DNA of 64,000 nt from Epiperipatus broadwayi. Its lineage: Eukaryota; Animalia; Onychophora. Below are positions 38,491-50,578 of this stretch, piece by piece. Both the position numbers and the translations under genes were made by a program. The stretch is taken from contig JAQFVV010000007.1 in the NCBI GenBank assembly GCA_028023455.1, positions 10,974,001 to 11,038,000 of the forward strand. The letters are read 5' to 3'. How positions within the stretch are numbered: position 1 is the stretch's first letter; each line of letters opens with the position of its first letter. A model generated the notes under the pieces. That model ran no database searches and was not told where the DNA came from. It was given only the letters and a program-made list of their open reading frames with translations.

Positions 38491-38540
38491 AGATCTCACT
38501 GAGGAGTGCCAAAGCATGAAAACATTGGTCTGGGTCTTGG
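38491..38540 (+). ncRNA. Type I hammerhead (family H, right arm)
   Basis: atctca CTGAGGA (38499-38505) GTGC-caaa-GCAT GAAA ACATTGG TC tggg; predicted cleavage after 38530; one mismatch in helix III. Confidence 0.75.
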
Positions 38541-41194
38541 GTGTGGTTTCTGATAAAGATATTTTAAATGCTTTCTCTTGCTAACCATTTATCACAAAGC
38601 TTATTGAACAACTAGCAAAGCTCTTTGTTTATATTTTACAAGCTTATAAAAAAATTGGGTCATGTAATATATGACTCTATTTTTTATAATAACCATAACT
38701 CTGCCCGTTTATTCACCTTGTTTTAAATAAAATATCAATGAAGGTCTGTTATGATATTTTTCTTTTAGATTCTCAATATTTATAAGTTATATATTACTAA
38801 AATAATTAGTATCCAATGGATAAGAGGATAATATTTTAAAATCAAATTTATAATTATTAAATTTGAGATATAAATTAAAATTTAGCTCACTTAACTCTCT
38901 TTATTCTATACATATGAAACAAATCATTATTTAACTTAAAGCATAATAACCAGTTAAATTAATAAATATTATATAATTATATACTTAGGTAAAAAAATAA
39001 TACATATTAGCATATAACCTGATTAATCATACTCTAATAGGATACTTCAAAATAATATCACAGTTACAATATCTATTCCTTGAATTATAATTAGGTGCTA
39101 TTTTATTACTCCAAATAAAATAGAGGTATCATGAAAAGGTATCTGATACAAAACACATTTTACTAATTTTGATATTTTCCAAATATTAAAGTTATCCTTT
39201 CATTTAGCAGGGATTTGATACTATAAGATATTATGAATGGACAGACACTGATTTCTATCCATGATGATGCAATGCAAAATAAATTAATTTAAATTTGTGT
39301 TGAAATAACTCATCAATATCACAAACTATATCCACAGATTAAAATAATTATTATATACAATTTTCTGTTGTTAGCAACTATATTCCATTATTAAAATGTA
39401 AGCAATATCCATTTTTAGTAAAGAAATATTCAAATGATTTTGAATGCAATGGGCAACTTTTTATTCCTTAGTAAATTCTCATTTCTTTATCAATTCTCCA
39501 TAAATCTATTCAGTTTTCTGGACAAATATTATTTTTCTCACCCCATCATTTTATATAGTTAATAAACAAGTACTTTTAAAAAAAAATAAAAAAAAATAAA
39601 TGAAAAAACTTAGATTTGCTTCTATTGAAAGCAGAATGTAAGAGAGAGAAAGAAAGAGGGAGTTCAAACCATTCAGTTTTATTAAAAAATCTTTTCAATT
39701 GATATCATAAAAGGTAATGCACTTTTATAACTCTACTGTCAAAGTTATCCAGTGTATTTTATTACACAACAATAATAAATAAATAAAAAGTATTTCACAA
39801 TTATTACATATAATAAATAATATTTATATTTTTAAAATACAAATATTATTTTAGTTCAACACAAACTAAAATAATTTATACTACATTTTTACAATATTAT
39901 ACTAGAAATATATTCTATACATATCTGCTCAATATAATATTACATATAAACAAAACTACAGACATACTTAAGACATTAAATATTCATAAGTATTATTTGT
40001 AATCTATTATATGTGAACACAATAACCAAAATACATATAAGAAAGAAAAGATAACAATTTTATCAAAACTATAAACTTTATTATTTATGTGTGCATTTTT
40101 TAAGATAAATAAAATTAATTCATAATTTTTATTATGCAATTAATAATAAATACTTCTTTCTTTAAATTTATTGTTGCCATAGTAACATTCTAATGCTCAT
40201 AGGATAATACATTTACTATTAAAATCAAGAAAAAAAAATACAATTGACATTTGACCACATATTGAAATTTGCTTCAAATTTCTGTAGGTACAATATATAT
40301 AAACTTTAAACTAAACGTAGCTCAATGTATTTGAAAACAAAGGGAGTAAACACTCTTCTTCAGGTTATGATTTAAAGGTCTCTAAATGTTGAACAAAGAA
40401 TCAAGAATAGAATGAATCCACCTATTCTTGGTAGATCTGATGTTATAAGCATATTTTTGTCAACACAGTTGGTAATTTGGAATGAAATTAATTTATCAAT
40501 CAGATGGAATATGACACTCAAAAGTTATTAAACTCATAATTAATAATACAAGTCTAGAGATAGGATCTCATTTTTAACACTTTGATTGTAATAATTAAAC
40601 AAGATTTAATTTGTAAACTTTAAACTAAACAAAGCTCAATGTATATGTAAACAAAGGGACTAAATCACCCTCCCCCAGGCTATGATGATCACAGAACAAA
40701 CAAGCCCAAATATATTATTAAGATAATAATAGATTTCTAAATAATTATTCTAAAATAAATCTACATAAACTGCTCTCTTTTGTTATAATGAATTTTTTAG
40801 GGATCTGGCTTGTAAAATTATGTTAGTAACATACTTAGACTTGCTTGTTCTATGAAATAGATTTATCTTCTTAATCTTCAAATATTTAATAAATCCTAAA
40901 ACCATTTGTGGACTCATTAAAATTTTAGTATATACTTATTTAATAATAATGCCAGTATTGCTTATTCAAATTCTCTGTGGAAATTTTCCATTGTTTCAAG
41001 TGGCAACATTTGATCAAAAAGTCAACTAATTTCTTGCTAGATATATGTTTCTGTTAATCAAATCTGATGTCATCAATAGCTCAAGAAATAAATTGAAAAT
41101 TTCTGTAGAGGATATAGGTAAATAATATTAGTTATTACATATTTGTATGGCTTTTAATTAAAGGTTTACTATTACTATTATTATATTTGTCAAA

Positions 41195-41335
41195 ACTAGT
41201 CAACACTTAGACAATCCCAAGATCAATATTAATCAACAATTTCAAACTGTTGTCAAGGCAACCTTGTTTTAGCAATAAAGGTGGAATCACATCTTTATTA
41301 ATTTATGTAGTCACTAAAGATTGCAACTTACTGTA
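41195..41335 (+). repeat. Family D module copy with part of the downstream monomer
   Basis: gtcaacacttagacaatccc...ctgttgtcaaggcaacc...ctaaagattgcaactta. Confidence 0.8.
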
Positions 41336-41701
41336 TTATTTATATTTTGTATTTGCAATTTTTCGTTAATTTTGTATACTCTCTTTTGGTATATATATAC
41401 ATTGTACTTATATGAAATATCATTTGTTTTGTGTGTGTGTACATATTTACATTTTTTGTTTGATGAAAGAGCAGTTACTTGATGAACCATTTCATTTGTT
41501 GAATCATGAACATATTTATTTACCAATAAAGATGGTTATCAATCTATATATATATGAAATATAATTTATATAGTCAACTAGTAAGAGATTTTATTTTTAA
41601 ACAGGCAAAACTTTCCATACAGTAGTGCCACTCAGTGCAAACCAGAGTAATCAATGGATTCCAGAACACTTGTGCATAAAATCCCTATCTAGTACTTATT
41701 C

Positions 41702-41760
41702 ATCCAATATTTCCAGACTAGTTTCTGGCTTGTGGCCTTCATCAGTGAGGAGCCTTGGAT
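41702..41760 (-). ncRNA. Type I hammerhead (family B, left arm)
   Basis: atccaa ggc tcctca CTGATGA A GGC-cacaa-GCC A GAAA CTAG TC tggaaa ta ttggat; proximal helix I weakened. Confidence 0.7.
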
Positions 41761-41929
41761 CTGAAAGCACTGCACCTAGATCTTAGGATCTAATGTAATC
41801 CTCCAGCAGCCACCTTATATCTCTACTTAACTACAAAACTGTGAGAATAAAATTGTAATTAAGTAGAGATAATAGGTGGCTGCCAGAGGGTTGCATTAGA
41901 TTCTAAGATCTAGTTGCAGTGTTCTCATA

Positions 41930-41987
41930 TCCAAGGCTCCTCACTGATGAAGGCCACAAGCCAGAAACTAGTCTGGGGATATTGGAT
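41930..41987 (+). ncRNA. Type I hammerhead (family B, right arm)
   Basis: CTGATGA 41944-41950, GGC/GCC helix II, GAAA 41964-41967, ACTAGT helix III, GUC cleavage after 41973, helix I tcctca/tgggga plus atccaa/ttggat. Confidence 0.82.
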
Positions 41988-42350
41988 GAGTAGAAACTAG
42001 ATAGGGATTTTATGCACAAGCATTCTGGCATCCATTGATTACTCTGACTTGCACTGAGTGGCACGATGTATGGTGAGTTTTGCCTGTTTTAACAATTATT
42101 ATGAGCAAGAATAAGAAATGATAATTATGGGATGAGATTTTATTTTATGATATAAATATAAAGTTTTAATGGGATGCTAAATAATACTTATTAAGGAGAA
42201 GATAAATGTAATAACTCTCTCTGTACAATGGGCCTTAGATCTTTGGTTCTAATAAATTATAAAGCTTTGAGTCCAAACTCAAAACACAATAATGCTTTTT
42301 ATTTCAGGCTAATTTTTCTTGTATAATTCATACAGATTGGAATTCAGTTT

Positions 42351-42381
<31 letters not shown>

Positions 42382-42635
42382 TGCTGTCTTTGGTTTTTAA
42401 TAATCATGATCGCTATCATCCTTTGGTTAGAATTGGTATTAAATTATTGAAACATCACATGACCATCATATGCTTATTCCATCTGTTAAAACAGATAGTA
42501 ATGGGGTTAGGATTAGATTATAGAAAATTATCACCAATAATAAAAAAGTATTTTCACTTGGATATATTCTTCCTCCAGAGACATATCTGAAAGCAAAAAA
42601 CTGAATGTAAAAATATACACACACATATATTTATA

Positions 42636-43041
42636 TATGAGGAGATAATATCCATTAAGTAGAGAAACACTTTAAATTTTGATGTTATTAAGAAACTATC
42701 AATTAATACTCATTGACAATTCCTGAGGCAAAGCAAGTCTTTCTCATAATAGCTCTTTTTTTTTGGAGTCTTTAAAGCAAAATGGATTCTCTTACTTTAG
42801 ACCAAACTTCTTATATGGATTTAAACCCAAGAAGTTATTTATTATGGGTGTGAGAATGTCAAAGAATAACATCTTTCTTAACATTCTGAATACAATATTT
42901 TTAACTTTTCGAGAGAATTGTATGATATTATGAGAAAACCAAGCTTTGCCTCAGGAATTGCCAATCAGTTGTAATTGATAGTTTCTTAGTAACATCAGAA
43001 ATTAAAGTGTTTCTCTATTTAATGGATATTATCTCCTCATA
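42636..43041. mobile_element. Mariner-type MITE with about 105-bp TIRs
   Basis: TATGAGGAGATAATATCC...GGATATTATCTCCTCATA; terminus consistent with a CpG-decayed TACGAGG mariner end; TA at the left flank. Confidence 0.8.
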
Positions 43042-45184
43042 TCTACATAATAAAATCCATATAAATATTAAATTCAATATATATATATATATATATATCT
43101 CCTAAACTATTAGGATTTAGTTTACAAGTATAACATTACTTGAATGCACTCTTTTTGATGACATTTAAGAAATACAATCAAACTGTTAGTAAATAGCACA
43201 TAGATTACTAGATAACACAACAATTTGAGTCATATTCTTCTTTTCTTTTGCTCAAGTATTCTATCCTGTCTAGAAACAATATTAGCAAGAGAATAGAATT
43301 TAGAATGTTTATATTCATTATTATTGAATTAAAGGCAACACTCTAACCATGTAGGCCATTTTGAGAAAGGCAACACAGTAGAAATTTCATCTACGTATTT
43401 GTCAGAATTCTGCTGATTTCTTCACCTTTTTTCTTTAAAGCAAGGTTAATGAATTGTTTTTAAATATGAATTATCACACTAGGTTAACAAATAGAGTGGT
43501 TGGTTGAGTTAAATGTAATAGAAAAGTTTAAATAACATTTGGATTTTTAAAAAAAAAAACTTTTAACAATTAATATTATATGATGGAAGTGGTCTTAAGT
43601 AATCTTTAAAAATCCTAGACGGTCGTCAAAATAAGTTTCATAAAGTAATGTCTCTCTTGAAACAATATGATATGGACAAATATTAAACTATGATGATGAA
43701 GTCACGTATAAACAGTTATCCAGGCCAATTGATGAAGTCTGATTGTGAGAGAAATACATCATGGGAATTTTTTTACTGTTTTCAGATGTCTTTATGTATA
43801 TGTTTTAAGAGTGTATTGAATTGAGAAGTTTTATTATGTATATCTATTAAACTATATATATATTATACAACTCACAAATTAAATTTACATATTCACAAAG
43901 AAATAATTATTTGATTAATTTTAATTAGCATTTGAAATTAGTATTAATAATTTTTTAATGACTTCTTTTTTTTTCTTTGGCAAAAGAAATTTAACATAAA
44001 TTATTATTATTACTTTTTAAATAATATTAATAAAAATATCTCTTTGGAAAAGAGAAGGGATGGAATCTCAAATTTTCTCTTAAGCATTTATTATTTTGAA
44101 CTGCGATGCTACCCTTGGGAGAGCACTTAATAAATTAGCTGGTGAGAAAAATTGTAAACAACATTTTATTTTAAAGGCATCCGTGTTAATTAATTGATTG
44201 CCTTATCTGATAAGTTTTAAATCATTTTATAGTCTATGGCACATTTTCCCATTTTTCTGCTCTTCTTACCTTAACTATATTCTTTTCTGTCCGTAATTTG
44301 ATTAAGTTAGATCAATTATATAATGAATTAATTTGCAAATGTGACTTGAAAACATTAGCTATGCAGGGAGGTGGGGAAATTAGCATTGGGCAAACTGTAA
44401 GTTAATTTATTCTACATTTTAAGTTGCCAGTAAGCGAGAAATAATTTCATTATGAAGATTGTATTCTTTATTAACTTTTAAATTGATTTCATTTTTGTTT
44501 AATTTTATTCATTTCTAATTTAATTCTCATATTATTTTGATTAGAAATTTTTAGCACTTTCATTAAAACTGTTAATTTTATGTAAATTAGCAGCATACTG
44601 AATGGCAACGATCGTTTCCCCACTGGTGGCGAGGAACATTGGAGGAGTCGTTGTTTTCAGCTAGTTATCTGCTGGTTAGTTTTTCTGCTTTGCTTTATAT
44701 TTCAACTAAAAACACCTAGACATACGTTGGACGGCTGCTAGATATGTCATGATTGACTTACAGTGAGAATTTTTAGTTACAAAAATAGGTTGCACTTTGA
44801 ACAAATCCCCATCATTATTAACGATTATTGATCCATTGCAAGATAAAAGTCTCTCTTAGTTTAATAGAATTTCTCTAATCCAGAGTTTCTTTTCTCTTTA
44901 TCACACAAACCAATTTCTTTATTTCAATTATCCATTTTACATTTGGTCTGATTTCAGGTCTTTTAACTCTTAGGGCATCCATTTTAAGATTTTAGCAGTA
45001 TTGTAGTAGCAGCTACAAAATATTAACAAAAGTTACATTATTTTACTAGCTTTTTAAAATCCCTAGATAAAACTTTATTAGTGTACTACAAAGCAATATA
45101 TTGTTCATGAGATTTTCTGAAGATATTACAAAAAGCAAAAGAAACATGAAATCACTTATTCTACCTACTTATTTTGCATATATA

Positions 45185-46185
45185 CATATATAATGGTAAT
45201 ATACTATTAAAAACAGTCTTTCTTTCTGCAGAAGTACTTTCAGTTAATTCCTTAACCTGCCTCAACTCCCATTAAATTCAAGTAAAACAGAAGCAAACGT
45301 TATCAACTCAAATTCCAAGAATCCTGAATTTTAGTGTTAGCAGCTTGCCTATTAATTAATTTCATTTTATTCCTATTTATTAAAATTGCCTCCTTATTTT
45401 TTCTTTTATTATGGTTTCTCTCTTCATGAAGAGTTTTAACACTTTCAATATCAAACTTAAATTTATATTTACATGTCCTTTCATGACCCAAGAAAACCAA
45501 AGCAGTCATTAAATCGCTATTACTTTTACTTTTCAACACTTATATAACAATTCATGCTCCTTTAATTTTTTCAACACTTATATAACAATTCATGCTCCTT
45601 TAATTTTTTTCAACACTTATATAACAATTCATGCTCCTTTAATTTTTTTCAATACTTCACCTCGATTCACTTATTAAATGATAACATACATCCACAAAAA
45701 TTTGATGCACAACATTCCTTTTCTGTTTGACAGGTATGCCATTTTTTGTGAATGTATGCTATCATATATAAATGAATTGTGGTACAGCATTGGACAAAGA
45801 TTGAAGAATTATGAATTGTTATACAAGCATGTGAAAAGTAAAAATAATAATGATTTCATGACTGCTTTGGTTTTCTTGGATCATGAAAAAATATGTAAAT
45901 ATAAATTTAACTTCAATCTTGAAAGTGTTAAGATTCTTCATGAAGAGAAAAACCATAATAACAAAAAAATTAAGGAGACAATTTTAATAAATAGTAATAA
46001 AATGAATTTAATTAATAGACAAGCTGCTAACATTAAAATTCAGGATTCATAGGATTTGAGTTGATGGTGTTTGCTTTTGTTTTGTTATTTGAATTTAATA
46101 GCAGTTGAGGCAAGTCAAGGAATTAACCAAAAGTACTTCTGCAGATTGACAGTCTGTATATACTAGTTTATTACCATTATATTTA
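45185..46185. mobile_element. Penelope 3'-end fold-back (GIY-YIG C-terminus plus pLTR, family F) on both strands
   Basis: ORFs 45303-45539 (-) and 45678-46052 (+) are inverted copies (LDHEKICKYKFNFNLESVKILHEEKNH..KIKETILI); HHR-like motifs at 45228-45270 (-) and 46101-46143 (+); three tandem copies of about 35 bp near the junction. Confidence 0.85.
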
Positions 46186-46855
46186 TTATTTTATTTATTT
46201 CAAGACAGCTTAACTTTTAGTAAAATATAAAGAAACATATAGAAATTGTGTTCAAGAATTAGATTTACTTTTAGGTTTTTACAAAGTTCTACAATTCTGC
46301 AGCTATGGCTATAGATTGAGCAGTTTTAACTATATTATCTACATGTCCCAATGTTTTAGGTTAGCTATAGTTAAATTTTATTTATAATATAGCTGAGTGC
46401 TACAATCATAGTTTCTCCTGAATATATTGATAAGACTCCAGTAAAATCTAGGAAAATCAAATCCAGCTGGTCTTTCTTTTGGATCTGTAAAAAGAAATTT
46501 GTATTTGTATAGGTCTTCAGTTTTAGAGTTGTTGTTGCCACATAAAATCATGATTTATATTCTGATAAGTGAGCTGTCATGAAAATATAGATATTTGCTT
46601 AAACCATACCAAATAAAACCAAATATGAAGAATTTTATGAAGCAGTTGAAAAAAGATTTTCTAAATTCAACTTCTGAAAGTATAATGAATTTTCAGTTTG
46701 CACAATGGGGAAAAGTTCTGTTTTTGATCAATGTCTTTCTCCAAATCAAAAAAAGTCAAAAGAATATCAATAGATAATTTATGTCACATGCTCAAACTTT
46801 GAGAGAAATGCAGCAAAGAAATAATTATTGAATAAAAAATAAAATAACTGATATA

Positions 46856-47875
46856 CACCTGGGTCTCGTATTATGTTTTATGCAGTAGATAGATTCCACA
46901 GAAAACCCCACATTAAAAAAAATCGCACAAAAATAGACTTATTTTATCTTAAAAAATGGGGGATACATGCTGTAATTTTCAGAATTCACATAAAAGCAAA
47001 GCAACAAAGAAAAATTACTTTAAAATTCACATTAAAAAAATAAACAAATAAAGTATGACTAATAAAAAATTTCAAATATTTGAAAAAAATTAATACAAGA
47101 CAAACTTTTTTTACTTTTTTTTATTAACTACATACAGTATTTAATTTTACATTTTTCATACATATTTTAATCATTACCGCTAGCATTCATTTGTAAACTG
47201 GAAAGAAATCAGACTCAATGTGATATACTGTAGCTTCTTCTTAAATGAAGTCAAGAATCTCTCAGCAATTATGCCCAAAGAAACCTGTTAGCCACTTTAT
47301 TTTTATTCGTGATGTGATGTACAACTAGCACCATTTTCAGTCTTGTGCTGTGTTAATGGTTTTCTGTTTTTATATTAAAAAAATGAGATCATAATCAAAA
47401 CAAAAAAATTATACATTATCATTAGAAAGATTATTTTCAGTTTATAAAATCTTCGTTTTTTTATTTTAAAAATCTAAAAGGTTTTTTTTATTTCTGTTAT
47501 ATAAAACAAAATATACATTTTAAAAGTTTAATTTTTTTTGAATATTTATTGTGGTATTTTTATATATAAGTATAAATCTATTACAGTATTATTATTTACT
47601 CATTAGTATAAATAGGTTATTTACATAGAGGCTAATAGGTTATTTACACAGAAGCTAAAATTCTAAATACAGCTTCGGGCCATATTCACGTTAGCTGCCA
47701 ATATAATATTATCTTTTTAAAAGAAAAAAAAGTATTTCAAATGAAAATAAGTTATTAATAATTTAAATTTGACATCTAATAAATATAGTGAAATATGAAA
47801 GATAATAATAAGAAACATGAATCCCATAACTTCAAAATCGCATTAAAATAATCTGCATAAAACATGACCCAGGTG
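46856..47875. mobile_element. Tc1/pogo-type non-autonomous element with TA TSD
   Basis: TA|CACCTGGGTC..tgttttatgcag ... ctgcataaaacatGACCCAGGTG|TA. Confidence 0.65.
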
Positions 47876-49190
47876 TACTATAGTATGAAGAATTCCTTAA
47901 TATTTTCAAAACCAATATATCTTATCATTTCTAGCAATCTGCATAATCAGGAATCACCATAGCCTTTGAACAATCTTATTTCAAAGAAAAAGAGAAAAAT
48001 AATCAAAAATTTCATAATTTTTATTTTATTTATGGATAAGTTATCAACTAAAAATACTGTTTTACTTGATATCTTGTAACTGTGAATATCTTTAGGAATA
48101 GCATCAAGAGCTTTTATTTACTACTTGCACCTGCAATTTGCACACAATTTAAAGCAAAAAATTATTTCCATTAAAAAGATATAAGGCAGAGTGACAGAAT
48201 CTATGGCTAAAGACAATTAAATTTGAAATTCTAATTATTACTTGTGATGTTCAAATTTCACATAACTGCTTGAGCAACTAATCATTTGATTAGTAATAAA
48301 TAATAAATATTTTTTATCTACAGATGTCACATAAAATCAGAAAATTTCTGCTGTCAAAGTATTGTATATTATAGAACTATATAATAGAATTTAGATAGAA
48401 TTACCCCCCTCCCCCCATTTTTAACAAAAAGCTCACTACTCTGTTTTTGTATAAAAATACTCTTAAAATAATCAAATTTTACTTTTCTGTATATGTTGTC
48501 TTATTTCATTTGAGTATTTATTGACGCATCTTTGTAACAGAGTATTTATTATCTTCTTATTGATTTCTTTATATATTGTAATAATTTGTTTAACTTTTTG
48601 TTTAAATTCTTTAGCATATTTCTGAGAGTTAAAAATATTAAATATTATTAGTTCAGAAAGAAATAATAAACAGAGAAATTAAAAATAGAAAATAAATTCG
48701 AGAATATTTATGGATGAACTGAAAACCATTATCATTGGAAATCAGAAGATGCCATAGAACATTATAGATAAATAAGACAAAGAAAATATATATCAGCTCT
48801 TGACATTTTAATTTTCTAAAAGTAGCCGTTTACTTTCTTAAAATGCTTAACTTTTGTTATTAAAATTATAGTCCAATTCTGTTTTCTTGTCATTTCAATA
48901 TGTCCAAGTTCTTTTTGTCTTTAGATTTTTATTGAAAAAGTTTTCATATACATTTTGCTTTTATTATTCCATAATAAGTAGGATTTAATTTATTTTACAC
49001 CCATATCCACATATATATAACATGGATGCTTAGATACTCTATGCATATATATATATATATATATTCAGATAATAGAAATAAAACAAAAAATAATAATATA
49101 GTTAATAATTGGTTGAGAGGGTATATTTACATATGTGTGTGTGTGTTTATTCATTCACATTTTCTAAAAATACAAATCAAAAAAATATTT

Positions 49191-50578
49191 GGTAGTCATC
49201 GAAGAGCCACCATATCCCACTGGATGGTGCCGTTTACATGCTAAAACACATAAAAATGCCGTTTCCATGGCCGATATATTCGAACCTGCGTTTTCTATAA
49301 TACAACTTTTTTGTTGTGCTACAGATTGCAGGCCACTATGTCACGTCGCAGTACAGCATGTATGTCACATCGCAGCAAATATTATTTTCCAAATTTGCAC
49401 AGTCTATAAAATGGTTACAACTTGGTGAGAGGGTATGTTTTTTTGAATTGGATGGAAATGTTGTTTTCATTGGATTTGTTTTTATTTTAAAGTATTGAAA
49501 TGTTCAGATTTTGTAAAAAGTAATAATTAACAGACTTTTTACACCATAGTGTATTGAAGTTTTAAGTGGCAAATGTTGACAAGATATATGTATACAGTGA
49601 GTTGGAATTAGATAATGCATCAAGTAACGTACTTTTTGTAACATTACATGAGACAAAGATTGTACCGTGTGTATATTTTTGAAATAAAAAAGAGCATTAA
49701 CACAAAAATATCCAGTAAGAAAAGCACAATTGTACACTGTTTTTTTTAAATATCATAAAAAGCATATATTATAAACATGTATAATAAGTAAAGAAGACAT
49801 TATATATATATATATATATTTGTTGTTGTTTAAAAAAGTTTTAGTTTCTTTCTTTTCTCCGATTATTGTTATACTTTGTTGAATATAGTTAACATTTATT
49901 GTTATTATTTATTTTATAGATGTTAGTAAAAAGAAATATTTACAAAAATATGATTTTGATATTTTTTATTTTAGCATTACAAACAACAGAACACTAACCC
50001 TAAACCTAACCCTAAAACTAACCCTAAACCTAACTGTAACAACTTTTACTTTTAGTTGTCATTCTATTTGAAATAAAAAAATAGCAGTAATATCTGTTTG
50101 TCTGTAAAAAAAAAAAAAAGTAAAACAAAGTCTAAAAAAGTAAAAAATAGTGATAACACAATAATATCTGTTTCTCTGTAAAAATAAAATGTAAAAGGAA
50201 GACTAAGAATTTTTACTTTTTATTCTGATTATGAGTTTTTAAACAACAACAACAAAAAAAGCCGTAACCCCAGTAAAAAAATCTCCGATAGAAAATTGAT
50301 TTTTCTAATAAAAAGAAAACTAAAAAAGACGAATCAAATTGTAATTTGTTTATTTTGTTTTACATTTATTATTACCATTTAATTTGTATACGTTAATAAA
50401 AAATAATATTTAAAATTAAATAATATTTAAAAAAGACTATTTTCTTTTGTTTTTATTTTCGCATTACAAAAAACACATCAAAATGATTATAATTAATGGC
50501 CCGGGAATGATCATATTTTATAGTTTATGTGTGAATACTGCACCATCGAGTGGATATAGTGGCTATTCGATGACAACC
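49191..50578. mobile_element. Merlin-type non-autonomous element with perfect 8-bp TSD
   Basis: About 45-bp TIRs GGT(A/T)GTCATCGAA(G/T)AGCCAC; AAATATTT at 49183-49190 and 50579-50586; retains CpGs. Confidence 0.8.
49995..50034 (+). repeat. Degenerate telomere-like (TAACCC/TAAACC) hexamer array
   Basis: taaccc taaacc taaccc taaaac taaccc taaacc taac. Confidence 0.85.

Larger units (their letters stand above)
38330..38633. mobile_element. Family H fold-back (about 138-bp arms, 27-nt spacer) with a hammerhead on each strand
   Basis: Arms 38330-38467 and 38495-38633 are near-perfect inverted repeats. Confidence 0.92.
41599..42090. mobile_element. Family B fold-back (about 238-bp arms, 16-nt spacer) with a hammerhead on each strand
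   Basis: Arms 41599-41836 and 41853-42090 are inverted; TTAA at both outer edges. Confidence 0.95.

Noticed and set aside
44580-44780. GC-richer patch with a PBS-like TGGTGGCGAGG
   Set aside because: No adjacent LTR terminus or gag ORF could be identified
45530-45650. CRISPR-like array
   Set aside because: Three adjacent copies with no unique spacers, derived from Penelope GIY-YIG coding sequence; eukaryotic context with no cas genes
47950-48220. Mariner C-terminal remnant on the minus strand
   Set aside because: Only a weak KALDAIPK-type similarity; the SPDLAP motif is not recognisable
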